A DNA stretch of 64,000 nt from Chryseobacterium gleum. GTDB taxonomy: Bacteria; Bacteroidota; Bacteroidia; Flavobacteriales_D; Crocinitomicaceae. The notes under the pieces are model-generated. The model did not search any database and was not told the DNA's origin. It saw only the letters and a list, made by a program, of their open reading frames with translations. Shown here in pieces: positions 17,735-26,770 of this stretch. The position numbers and the translations under genes were made by a program. Numbering within the stretch: the first letter of the stretch is position 1; every line of letters begins with the position of its first letter. The DNA lies in assembly GCA_945882095.1 (NCBI GenBank), contig CAMCWF010000011.1, positions 496 through 64,495 on the forward strand, read 5' to 3'.

Positions 17735-19099
17735 ATGAAAGCAATTTTTACATTTTTCATCTTCACGTTTTTCACAATCGGTTCGAATTTCGCTCAAGTA
17801 AAACAAAGTGCCACCGACAAGGCTACCATCAATCGTTTGATGAACAAAGGGATTGAAACCTTCCATGCGGGACGTACCAATGAGGCATTGGAAACATTTA
17901 AACGGGTTGAATCCATGGACCCTGAAAACTGGAAGTTAAATTATTGGATAGCCACTTGCCATTATGATTTAAACAGCTACTATACCGCTGAATCTTACAT
18001 CAACAATGCGAAGAATTTTTTAAAAGAAAATGAGGAAGGTGATGCGGAGTTTCACGAACTGATTGGAAAAATTAATCACAGATTGGGGAAGGTAGAAAAC
18101 GCGGCAAATGGCTATAAAAAAGCGGCCATTTTGATGGGCGATAAAATGGCAAAGGAATTTGGAATCAAACAAGCCATTGAGCAATGCGAATGGGCTTTAA
18201 GAGCGGCTAAAAACGGTGAGAAAAACATTCGACAACCCTTATCGATTCAAATAAATTCCTTGGAAGACGAATACGCTCCGATGGTGTACAACAACGGTGC
18301 ACATTTGTTTTTTACAGCACGTCGTCCTGAAACAACAGGTGAAAACCTCAACCCGGATGACCTAAGGTATTTTGAAGATATGTACCATGCTGTTTTCAAT
18401 CCAACTACGGGAGACTATGACATTGATTATGCATTTTTCCAAAACTTAAACACCAATGGATTTGATGCGCTGAGCCATGTCAATGCCGAAGGAACCTTTG
18501 CGCTTTTAACCATTAACACCTCCGCTTCCAGCGAAAAAACAACGAAAAGCTCTGATATTTTTGAAATCACCTCGGATTCAGAATTGGTTTGGGAATCCAT
18601 GAATCTTGTAAAAGGAAAAGGCATAAACACCGATTTTTTTGAAGGAAGTGCCACAGCTACAAATGGCTGTGAAACGGGAGATTTCATTGTTTTCATAACC
18701 GACCGTAAAGCCGACGTGACAGGGTTAGACCTGTATACAGCAACAAGGTCAGATGGCGCATACGGAACGGCCACAGCATTACCCAAACCGCTTAACACAG
18801 AAGGCAACGAAACAACGCCCTTCTTGAGTCCGGATGGGAAGTATCTTTTTTTCAGCAGCGACCAATTGCCAGGATTTGGCGGGTATGATGTTTTTTACAG
18901 CATGAATACAGATGGAAAATGGAGCGAACCAATCAACCTCGGCGCAGCGATAAACACGGTAAATGACGATACCCATTTTCGAGTTGATATGAATACCAAA
19001 AAAGCGTATTTCGCAAGTTTAGCTGAAAAAGAAAGCTTCTTTTCGTATGATTTGTTTACGGCGGATCTTACCCCTTTAGATTTTCCTTTTACGAAGTGA
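17735..19099 (+). CDS. TPR plus WD40-like (PD40/TolB-type) beta-propeller repeat protein, secreted
   Basis: Signal peptide, then TPR-like helical repeats in the first ~150 aa. PD40-type repeats follow (EDEYAPMVYNNGAHLFFTARR, NETTPFLSPDGKYLFFSSD, NDDTHFRVD). There is no OmpA domain. Confidence 0.75.
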   Translation: MKAIFTFFIFTFFTIGSNFAQVKQSATDKATINRLMNKGIETFHAGRTNEALETFKRVESMDPENWKLNYWIATCHYDLNSYYTAESYINNAKNFLKENEEGDAEFHELIGKINHRLGKVENAANGYKKAAILMGDKMAKEFGIKQAIEQCEWALRAAKNGEKNIRQPLSIQINSLEDEYAPMVYNNGAHLFFTARRPETTGENLNPDDLRYFEDMYHAVFNPTTGDYDIDYAFFQNLNTNGFDALSHVNAEGTFALLTINTSASSEKTTKSSDIFEITSDSELVWESMNLVKGKGINTDFFEGSATATNGCETGDFIVFITDRKADVTGLDLYTATRSDGAYGTATALPKPLNTEGNETTPFLSPDGKYLFFSSDQLPGFGGYDVFYSMNTDGKWSEPINLGAAINTVNDDTHFRVDMNTKKAYFASLAEKESFFSYDLFTADLTPLDFPFTK

Positions 19100-19138
19100 A
19101 CCCATTCAAGTCTTTGCTGTAACCCCAACTAAAAAATT

Positions 19139-21127
19139 ATGAAATTTTACCCCCTTGCCATTGGCATTTTATTGTTTTGCGTTACGAATTTCCATGCGCA
19201 AAAAGAATCTTCCCTTACAGAACCGATTTCAGAGGTTACCGTGTTCTTTACCGGGGCTCAGTTAAAACACAAATACAATGTACCTGTGAAGACAGGGAAA
19301 CAGACGGTTGTTTTACAGAAACTCACCGATTTCCTAGATCCTAATACGATTCAAATTAAAGCGCCAAAAGACTTGGTGATTTTGTCCGTGCGCATGCGCA
19401 AGAATTTTGAGGACATCACTTTGAACAACCAGCAGATTACAACCTTGAATGCCAAAATACACGCCTTAGACCAAAAATATGACTTGCTGATCAATGAATA
19501 TGCTGTACTGGAATTGGACAGGAAACTTATTCTACTGAATCGAAACTTAGGAAGTCAAACCGCTGCCGTAAAAGTTACCGAGCTAAAAGAGGCATATGCT
19601 TTCATGCACCAGAAAATGATGGAAATCATTGACAGAGAACTTGTAATAAAAAACGAACTGGAAAAGATAACCAAGGAATCAAACATATTAGCGCAAGAAC
19701 TAACCAGCCAACGAAGCAAGCCCGTCATTAATTACTCAGAGGTTGTCGTGGAACTAGACTCAGAGAAACCACTAAATGCAGAGCTCATATTGACTTACAT
19801 GACGCCAAAAGCTACATGGAAACCCATTTACAATATGCGAAGCGAGGGGATTGGCAAAAACGTGAAATTGGAAGCACAAGCGAATGTAAGCCAGACTACA
19901 GGAATAGATTGGTCCGCCGTAAAAGTTTCCTTATCAACCACCGATCCTTATCAAAATGCTACCGAAAATAAATTAGAACCGTGGTACATCAGTTACAACA
20001 ACTACCAACAACCAAAGTACATTCAAGAAAAACATTTGCCGGAGGTAGATTACGCGGGTCAAAAGTTACGTGGTGAGGTAATTGACGCGGAATCAGGTGA
20101 AAGCATGCCCTTTACCAAAGTGACATTTCCAGGATTTCCTAACGTGGGTGCAATTTCAGATATGGATGGAAAATTCGAAATCACTGTTCCAAAAGGCGCT
20201 TCCGTTCTGCAAGCTGATTTTGTGGGCTACAATTCGCAAGGCCTTAGCATTACCGCCCCTTACCTAAAATTCTTTCTTATACCTAACGAAATTAACCTCG
20301 ATGAGGTTTTGGTTACCACTGCTGGAGTGTCGAATACGATTTCAGAGGATGCAATGAGCTATGAATGGACTGCTAGTAATGGCGTTTATGAAAAAGATGC
20401 ATTGCAAATAGAATTCAGAGGCGCGCGAAAGAAAAGAAAGTTGGAAATGTCTACAAAAAGTTTACAAGATAAAAAACCCAGTGCAACGTATGTCAACACC
20501 GTTATCGAAGACAAACAACTGATGGTTGAATATCAAGTGAATGCAAAAATGGACATCCCAACAGATGGAATTGAGCACAAGGTAAGCATTGCAAATTATG
20601 AACTTCCTGCAAGTTACGAATACCACTGCGCGCCAAAAATTGACCCTCACGTGTTCCTATCAGCACAACTGTCAGGCTGGGAAAAACTTAACCTGTTGAG
20701 TGGTCCTTCAAGTATTTATTTCGACGGAACCTATATGGGAGAAACTTTCCTTGACTTAAACACGACCAAAGACACCCTCAATTTGTCTTTTGGAACCGAT
20801 AGTAAAATCTCGGTGGAAAGAACACGGGTGACCGACAAAACGAAAACGAAAAACATTGGCTCTCGCACAAAGGTGGATATTGCCTGGGAGGTTCTCATAA
20901 AAAACAATGGTGCGTCAAACATTCCTTTTGTCATCAAAGACCAGTTCCCTGTATCTAACAACGCAGACATTAAAGTCAAACGAGGCGAGTTAAATAACGG
21001 AGGAACGGCCGAAGAAAACAATGGAATCATCACATGGACTTTCAAGCAAGGAATACCTAAAAGCGAAAAGCTTACTTTCGAATATTCTGTAGATTACGAG
21101 AAAGGTTTTGTGATTTACCTAGAGTAA
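19139..21127 (+). CDS. DUF4140/DUF4139 (TIGR02231, 'mucoidy inhibitor MuiA-like') protein with an inserted CarboxypepD_reg-like domain
   Basis: N-terminal EVTVFFTGAQLKHKYNVPVKTGKQTVVLQKL...IQIKAP, a coiled-coil, and C-terminal IKNNGASNIPFVIKDQFPVSNNADIKV fit the family. The internal LRGEVIDAESGESMPFTKVTFPGFPNVGAISDMDGKFEITVPKG is a carboxypeptidase-regulatory-like beta sandwich. Confidence 0.75.
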   Translation: MKFYPLAIGILLFCVTNFHAQKESSLTEPISEVTVFFTGAQLKHKYNVPVKTGKQTVVLQKLTDFLDPNTIQIKAPKDLVILSVRMRKNFEDITLNNQQITTLNAKIHALDQKYDLLINEYAVLELDRKLILLNRNLGSQTAAVKVTELKEAYAFMHQKMMEIIDRELVIKNELEKITKESNILAQELTSQRSKPVINYSEVVVELDSEKPLNAELILTYMTPKATWKPIYNMRSEGIGKNVKLEAQANVSQTTGIDWSAVKVSLSTTDPYQNATENKLEPWYISYNNYQQPKYIQEKHLPEVDYAGQKLRGEVIDAESGESMPFTKVTFPGFPNVGAISDMDGKFEITVPKGASVLQADFVGYNSQGLSITAPYLKFFLIPNEINLDEVLVTTAGVSNTISEDAMSYEWTASNGVYEKDALQIEFRGARKKRKLEMSTKSLQDKKPSATYVNTVIEDKQLMVEYQVNAKMDIPTDGIEHKVSIANYELPASYEYHCAPKIDPHVFLSAQLSGWEKLNLLSGPSSIYFDGTYMGETFLDLNTTKDTLNLSFGTDSKISVERTRVTDKTKTKNIGSRTKVDIAWEVLIKNNGASNIPFVIKDQFPVSNNADIKVKRGELNNGGTAEENNGIITWTFKQGIPKSEKLTFEYSVDYEKGFVIYLE

Positions 21128-22180
21128 TTATTTTACCCGAAGCTTCTTGCGGTTGAAATTATTCACGTCGTAGCGAACAAATGTTTCGAATCCACCCTTA
21201 AAATTGGAAACCAAAGACAACCTAGAAACATTGATGTCATAAGCAAAACCACATGAAAAAGGGCCGTAATAAATCATCGATTTCACAACGAAAGCGTCTT
21301 TCCATCTGCTAAACAATCCCAAACTAAAAGCAATTTCCTTGATGTTTGCGGTCTCCCAGGATGCATTTCTAATGATTTGCTTATAGTTGACACCGTACAA
21401 AAGTTCCTTAGACTTCTTCTGATGGTTAAAGTAAATAGCTGGTTGAAGAATTCCATTGGTCGCCATGATCCCAATGTTTGCATTCACGAAAACAGAATAG
21501 CGAATGGGCAGTGTTTGGATGCTTGAATTGTAAAAAGAGTACCTTGGATTGTTTAGGTGAAAAGCTGCTATCCCCACATTAATTCCTTTGTCAGCTTCAT
21601 TGGTAATGTGTCCTATGTCCGTTTGCAGTGAATAGATTGCGCCTGCACCTAAATCAAAATAGCTAAAGCTTTGCGCATAAAATGCTTCACCGTTAGCCAA
21701 CGCCGGATTGTAAGAAGTGCCATCATATTGAGATGCCCATTGGCCGACCGATGGATTTGTGGAGCATTGACCAAAAGTAGAATTCAAGCCCAGTGCGACC
21801 CTTCCAAAGCGAGAAACCTTTAGGTTATAGGCCAAATTCACTCCAACGGTACTTTGAGAAAAATACCCGTCTCCCATTCTGTCGTTGTAAAAATTCAATC
21901 CTCCGCCTAAAATTCCGTTGCTGTTTTTCATCCCTGCGGAAAGTCTTCCATCTAAAGATGCCGTAAATGTTTTGTAAGGCGTTGCAAAACTTCCATATTG
22001 CCCACGGAACATTGCAATACCTTGAAAGGTAGAAAACGCACCTGCCAATGCCGGATTAAGGGTTAATGGAGCATATTCCATTTGAGAAAAATGTACGTCT
22101 TGCGCTTTCAACTTTTGGGTAAAAGTAAGGGCACAAATGAGCACGAATACTGTAGGGAAATTAAAATAAACCTTCATCAT
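21128..22180 (-). CDS. PorP/SprF-family type IX secretion system membrane protein
   Basis: Signal peptide followed by AQDVHFSQMEYAPLTLNPALAG, the hallmark N-terminus of the PorP/SprF family. The body is beta-barrel-like. Its start overlaps the stop of the upstream type B CTD cargo gene by 4 nt. Confidence 0.85.
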   Translation of the reverse strand: MMKVYFNFPTVFVLICALTFTQKLKAQDVHFSQMEYAPLTLNPALAGAFSTFQGIAMFRGQYGSFATPYKTFTASLDGRLSAGMKNSNGILGGGLNFYNDRMGDGYFSQSTVGVNLAYNLKVSRFGRVALGLNSTFGQCSTNPSVGQWASQYDGTSYNPALANGEAFYAQSFSYFDLGAGAIYSLQTDIGHITNEADKGINVGIAAFHLNNPRYSFYNSSIQTLPIRYSVFVNANIGIMATNGILQPAIYFNHQKKSKELLYGVNYKQIIRNASWETANIKEIAFSLGLFSRWKDAFVVKSMIYYGPFSCGFAYDINVSRLSLVSNFKGGFETFVRYDVNNFNRKKLRVK

Positions 22181-24252
22181 CTTACCAAAGTTAAGCTTCC
22201 TGATTTATGAATTATTGTATCATCGTACATTTGGATGTTCAAGTCGAAGACAAAATTTCCCATTTGCATAGGCTTGCCCTTATAAAACCCATCCCAACTT
22301 TGACTGATGTCTGTCCCTTCAAAAACCTTTTCCCCCCATCGATCGAAAATCATAAAACTAAAGTCTTTCACACAAACCTCTTTACCCATTACTTTTAGGA
22401 TATTGTTTTCAGAAGGACCGGTACCGTTTGGACTGAAAATGGTAGGTACAAAGAAATCTCCACACAACAATTTTACGGTTACCAACATTGAATCTTGGCC
22501 TTGACAGCCATTTGCATCTGCAACGTCCACATAGTACAATGTGGTTGTATCAGGCGTGATAATTGGATTGGGACAATTCGTACAACTAAGACCTTGAGAC
22601 GGTGTCCACAAGTAAGTATTTCCCACATTTACATTGGCTGAAAAAGTTCCCCCTGGGTTAATAGTGGTATCACTCGGTTGTATTGCCACCAACAATGCAT
22701 TAACTATATCAATTTGTGCAGAGAATCCGATTTGACAGCCATTGGCATCACTTACATTCACCCCATAGGTTCCGATATTCAGGTTTGAAATGCTGTCTGT
22801 GGTATTTCCATTTGTCCAGAGGTAATTGTAAGCACCTGTTCCACCAGACACCGTAACATCCATGGTTCCTAAAACGCCTGATGCACAATCAATCGGTGTT
22901 GAATCGCCAACAATCGAAAGCGCAGTGGGTTGAAAAATACTAAATCCTTGCACCACAACACAATTCGCAGCATCTACAACCACAATGTTGTAATTCCCAA
23001 TTGGCAACCCCGTAACGGTATCATTTGTCCCTCCCATTGGAGACCATGAATAGACAAACGGCGGGGTTCCTAAGGAATCGATTTGAACTGCTGCTCCCCC
23101 ATCGGAAAGTCCAAAACAGGAAACGCTATCCACATACAATAATGAGATTACAGGAGCAATGGGTGTTGGATTGATTGTAAAAGCTAAAGGATTTGATGTG
23201 ATACAACCAGAAACTGAGTTTTGTACAGAAAGTGTATAATTTCCACCGGTCAATCCTGCAAAAGTTGGAGCGGCTTGATAGGCTCCCCCATTGACAGCAT
23301 ATACAAAAGTAGCACCAAGTGGGCTTGTTACATTCAAGGTTCCTGTTGGGATTGGACAAGTTGGTTGTGTTAAAATTGCCGTTGGAATAGAGGGAATAGA
23401 GAGCGTAGGTGAAATCACCGCTGGAGCGCTAACTGCAGAGGAACAGCTTGCCGCATTGACCACATAAAAGGTATATGACGTACTTGCAGATAAATTTGGC
23501 ACCACTGCTGTTGTTCCCGTTCCATTTTGAGTGGTATTTCCGGGAAGAATATGTAATACCCAACTCCCAACAGCAGGCAAACCGCTTAAGGAAACGGATC
23601 CTGTTGGGGATGCACAATTCGGCTGCAAAATCGCTCCAACGACTGGAGTCGAAGGGTTAATCGGTGGATTTACAAAAACTGTGTTTGAGCTTGCAGAGGT
23701 ACAACCTGTGGACAAAGAAGTCACCGTAAAAGTGTATGAATTTACGGGTAAACCTGAGAATGAGGTGGTGGTTCCTACGCCATTCAACGTCGATGTGGAG
23801 ACAGGACTGTTTCCTGTAGCGGTGATGGTCCAAGCTCCTGTACTTGGTAAATTCGAGATTGCCACGGCACCGGTTGCCAAAACACAGGTAGGTTGTGTAA
23901 CCTGACCAGCGATGGGCGTTGCTGGTACGCTGGGTACGGCATTAATGTTAATTACAAAGGTTGCTGGCGATGTACAAGGAACCGATGGATTCGTGTAGGT
24001 AAAGGAAAACGCCGTTCCCGGTGTTAACCCAGTGATCGCTGCAATGGTTCCTACACCTGATTGCGTAAACCCTGCGGGAACCGAATTTACAGTCCAACCA
24101 GTTGATGGCAAACCCGATAAAAACACCACCCCATATTGATTTGTACAAGTGGGTTGGTCAAGGGAATCAATAGAAGGAGCTGTTAAACATTGCGCCGAAA
24201 GGGCACTTGAAAAAATGGAAAGAAGTAGGAAAAGCGTAATTTTACCTATCAT
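22177..24252 (-). CDS. T9SS type B sorting-domain (gliding motility-associated C-terminal domain) surface protein with Ig-like and SprB repeats
   Basis: Signal peptide. Four to five ~85-aa repeats start with QPTC/QPNC. SprB-type repeats are present (GTPPFVYSWSP, GGTGAYNYLWTNG). The C-terminus is FVPTIFSPNG...FDRWGEKVF...WDGFYKGKPMQMGNFVF...GSLTLVR. Confidence 0.85.
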   Translation of the reverse strand: MIGKITLFLLLSIFSSALSAQCLTAPSIDSLDQPTCTNQYGVVFLSGLPSTGWTVNSVPAGFTQSGVGTIAAITGLTPGTAFSFTYTNPSVPCTSPATFVININAVPSVPATPIAGQVTQPTCVLATGAVAISNLPSTGAWTITATGNSPVSTSTLNGVGTTTSFSGLPVNSYTFTVTSLSTGCTSASSNTVFVNPPINPSTPVVGAILQPNCASPTGSVSLSGLPAVGSWVLHILPGNTTQNGTGTTAVVPNLSASTSYTFYVVNAASCSSAVSAPAVISPTLSIPSIPTAILTQPTCPIPTGTLNVTSPLGATFVYAVNGGAYQAAPTFAGLTGGNYTLSVQNSVSGCITSNPLAFTINPTPIAPVISLLYVDSVSCFGLSDGGAAVQIDSLGTPPFVYSWSPMGGTNDTVTGLPIGNYNIVVVDAANCVVVQGFSIFQPTALSIVGDSTPIDCASGVLGTMDVTVSGGTGAYNYLWTNGNTTDSISNLNIGTYGVNVSDANGCQIGFSAQIDIVNALLVAIQPSDTTINPGGTFSANVNVGNTYLWTPSQGLSCTNCPNPIITPDTTTLYYVDVADANGCQGQDSMLVTVKLLCGDFFVPTIFSPNGTGPSENNILKVMGKEVCVKDFSFMIFDRWGEKVFEGTDISQSWDGFYKGKPMQMGNFVFDLNIQMYDDTIIHKSGSLTLVR

Positions 24253-24267
24253 GGGTTATTTTATAGT

Positions 24268-24275
24268 CAAAAGTA
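24268..24275 (-). promoter_or_regulatory. Bacteroidota -7 box TACTTTTG upstream of the type B CTD cargo/PorP operon
   Basis: The minus strand reads TACTTTTG, ending 15 nt upstream of the ATG at 24252. Confidence 0.4.
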
Positions 24276-24400
24276 TATACCAACTACGGTCACGTAAAGT
24301 TACATTAATATTCAAATTTTAATAGGTTTTACGCTACATTATTGAACGAAATTGATCCCATTGCGTTGCTTGCGATATTTATTTAAAGAAATTTGTGGTC

Positions 24401-25135
24401 ATGACAGAATCCAATATTTTCATGGAATTATCCTTTGACGGTACATCCTACGCAGGGTGGCAAATTCAACCAGAAACACCCACCGTGCAAGGAATGATTC
24501 AGCAAGTCCTAACGCAAATTAACGCAAATACACCCGTAGAAATCACTGGTTGTGGCAGAACGGATGCAGGGGTTCATGCCCATCGATTTTATATACATTT
24601 TACGCTGGATGAAAGCAGGGTTGGAAATTTGGTGTATCGGATGAATAAGATGTTGCCATCGGATATTAAAATACATGCCCTTTTGCCTTTGGTAGGCTTT
24701 CGTCACGCCAGGTTTGATGCAACCAGACGCACCTACAGGTATTTCATCAGCAAGGAGAAAAGTCCATTTTTGGATCGATACCGTTGGGTTATGCCCCTAC
24801 CTTTGGATGTTACAAACATGAATAAGGCAAGTGAGATGCTCCTTGGAAATCAAGATTTTGCTTCTTTTGCCAAAGCACATTCAGACGTCAAAACTACGAT
24901 ATGCACCGTTTATCATGCCTTTTGGACCGAAACCGAAACCGATTATGTTTTCGAGGTCTGCGCGAACCGATTCCTACGGAACATGGTGCGTGCCATGGTT
25001 GGAACATTGGTTGAGGTTGGATTAGGCAAGTTGAGTTTACCTGAACTTGCTGAAATTATTCATAAAAAAAGCCGCCAAGAGGCGGCGGTGTCGGTTCCTG
25101 CAAGAGGATTATTTCTTTGGGAAGTCGAATATTAA
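24401..25135 (+). CDS. truA: tRNA pseudouridine(38-40) synthase TruA
   Basis: ELSFDGTSYAGWQIQ and GCGRTDAGVHA (catalytic Asp) are present. The track start at 24395 is GTG, and the ATG at 24401 is more likely. Confidence 0.95.
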   Translation: MTESNIFMELSFDGTSYAGWQIQPETPTVQGMIQQVLTQINANTPVEITGCGRTDAGVHAHRFYIHFTLDESRVGNLVYRMNKMLPSDIKIHALLPLVGFRHARFDATRRTYRYFISKEKSPFLDRYRWVMPLPLDVTNMNKASEMLLGNQDFASFAKAHSDVKTTICTVYHAFWTETETDYVFEVCANRFLRNMVRAMVGTLVEVGLGKLSLPELAEIIHKKSRQEAAVSVPARGLFLWEVEY

Positions 25136-25834
25136 TTATTGATTTTGACGTAGCAAATCAAAATAACCAAGTGTTTCAACTACGATTGCACCTCCTAAGG
25201 TATCTCCATATTTAGCTGGCAGCCCACCTGTGTATACCATCATCCGTTTGATTGAACAACTTGGGACATTGTATACCTCATTTAACTTAACGCCATCCAC
25301 GACATAAATCATATCGCCTTTTCGTGCACCTCTGAAGATTAATTCGCCATCGTCCGCCATTTTAATTTCAGAAGACATTTGAGTGGCCAAGGTGGCAATA
25401 CTAAATTTATTTGGATTGTGTTTGATGTCCTTTTCGGTCAATTCTGGCATAGGAAGCTCACCCATTCTAAGCTTCAATTTCTCTTTAACGACAATTTCAT
25501 CTTTAACAATTCCTGCAGGATTAAAATCCACGGTGCCAATGTTTCCATAGGCATCAATGGGGACATCTACAGGGAATCTTTTGGATGTATCGCGGCCGTA
25601 AACAAGAAAGACATTATAGTTTCCAGAAGGAATTGCCGTAATTCTAAATCGTCCATCCACATCGGTCATTGCTTGGTATTTCTTATCGTTGTCCCAAACA
25701 ATCGCTTTAACAAATTCCATGGGTTTCTTTGAATCTGCGTCCAGTACGGTGCCAATGACATCACCGGTTGAAGATTGAGAAAAAGCGTTATTCATGCAGA
25801 GTAACACGAGGGCGAGTAAAAGTGTATTTTTCAT
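25136..25834 (-). CDS. CarboxypepD_reg-like plus TonB-dependent-receptor plug domain protein with no beta-barrel (232 aa)
   Basis: Signal peptide MKNTLLLALVLLCMNNAFSQ and a GTVLDADSKKPMEFVKAIV...DGRFRITAIPSGNY beta sandwich. A TonB-box-like DEIVV follows. Plug-like IFRGARKGDMIYVVDGVKL...VYTGGLPAKYGDTLGGAIVVET is then followed by the stop. Confidence 0.75.
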   Translation of the reverse strand: MKNTLLLALVLLCMNNAFSQSSTGDVIGTVLDADSKKPMEFVKAIVWDNDKKYQAMTDVDGRFRITAIPSGNYNVFLVYGRDTSKRFPVDVPIDAYGNIGTVDFNPAGIVKDEIVVKEKLKLRMGELPMPELTEKDIKHNPNKFSIATLATQMSSEIKMADDGELIFRGARKGDMIYVVDGVKLNEVYNVPSCSIKRMMVYTGGLPAKYGDTLGGAIVVETLGYFDLLRQNQ

Positions 25835-25852
25835 AAAAATTGATTTTAGTTG

Positions 25853-25867
25853 ACGTTAAGTTAACGT
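25853..25867. promoter_or_regulatory. 15-bp perfect palindrome ACGTTAAGTTAACGT in the 48-bp fabD / plug-protein intergenic region
   Basis: The sequence is its own reverse complement. It lies 19-33 nt upstream of the ATG at 25834 and 16 nt downstream of the fabD stop. It could be an operator or a weak hairpin. Confidence 0.3.
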
Positions 25868-25882
25868 TTATTTATCAATTTC

Positions 25883-26767
25883 CTAAACAATGGAAGCGGA
25901 AGACGTTGGAATGTCTCTGTTTATTTTTTTGAACAATCCTTGAAGTACTTTGCCAGGACCCACTTCCATTACTTCAGTCACGCCATCTTTTTCCATTTGC
26001 AGCATGATTTGCGTCCACTTTACAGGCGCTGTCAATTGGGTGAGTAAATTTTCCTTGATTTCCATTGGATTTGAAACAGGCAAGGCGGTTACATTCTGGT
26101 AAACGGGGCAGATCGGTTGATGAAAGGTGGTTGCCTCAATGGCAGATGACAATTCATTTTTAGCTGGCTCCATAAGCGGGGAATGGAAAGCACCTCCGAC
26201 GGGTAAAAGGAGTGCTCTTTTTGCACCAGCTTCAAGTAAGGCTGCACAGGCGTGTTCAACCGCAAGGAGGTCTCCTGAGATCACAAGTTGTCCTGGGCAG
26301 TTATAATTTGCAGGTACTACAATTCCCTGTGTTTTTGCACAAATTTCTTCAACGATATGATCTTCGAGTCCTAAAATAGCGGCCATGGTTGAAGGCGTTT
26401 TTTCACATGCCTTTTGCATGGCCAAGGCGCGCGCGCTAACCAGTTTAATTCCATCCTCAAATTGAAGTGTTTGGTTAGCTACCAAGGCAGAAAACTCACC
26501 AAGTGAATGTCCTGCTACACAATCTGGTTTGAAGGACCCTCCTAAACAAGCTGCCAAAATTGTTGAGTGTAAGAATATAGCAGGTTGGGTAACTTTGGTT
26601 TGTTTCAAATCCTCATCACTTCCTGTGAACATGATTGAAGCGATGTCAAAACCCAATATTTCATTGGCTTGTTGAAACATTTTTTTTGCCAAAGGAACTT
26701 GATCATATAAATCTTTTCCCATACCACTGAATTGGGCCCCTTGGCCCGGAAATACATATGCTTTCAT
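25883..26767 (-). CDS. fabD: ACP S-malonyltransferase (malonyl-CoA:ACP transacylase) FabD
   Basis: FPGQGAQ, the active-site GHSLGEFSA and a late GAFHSPLM motif. Typical length of 294 aa. Confidence 0.95.
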   Translation of the reverse strand: MKAYVFPGQGAQFSGMGKDLYDQVPLAKKMFQQANEILGFDIASIMFTGSDEDLKQTKVTQPAIFLHSTILAACLGGSFKPDCVAGHSLGEFSALVANQTLQFEDGIKLVSARALAMQKACEKTPSTMAAILGLEDHIVEEICAKTQGIVVPANYNCPGQLVISGDLLAVEHACAALLEAGAKRALLLPVGGAFHSPLMEPAKNELSSAIEATTFHQPICPVYQNVTALPVSNPMEIKENLLTQLTAPVKWTQIMLQMEKDGVTEVMEVGPGKVLQGLFKKINRDIPTSSASIV

Positions 26768-26770
26768 AAT

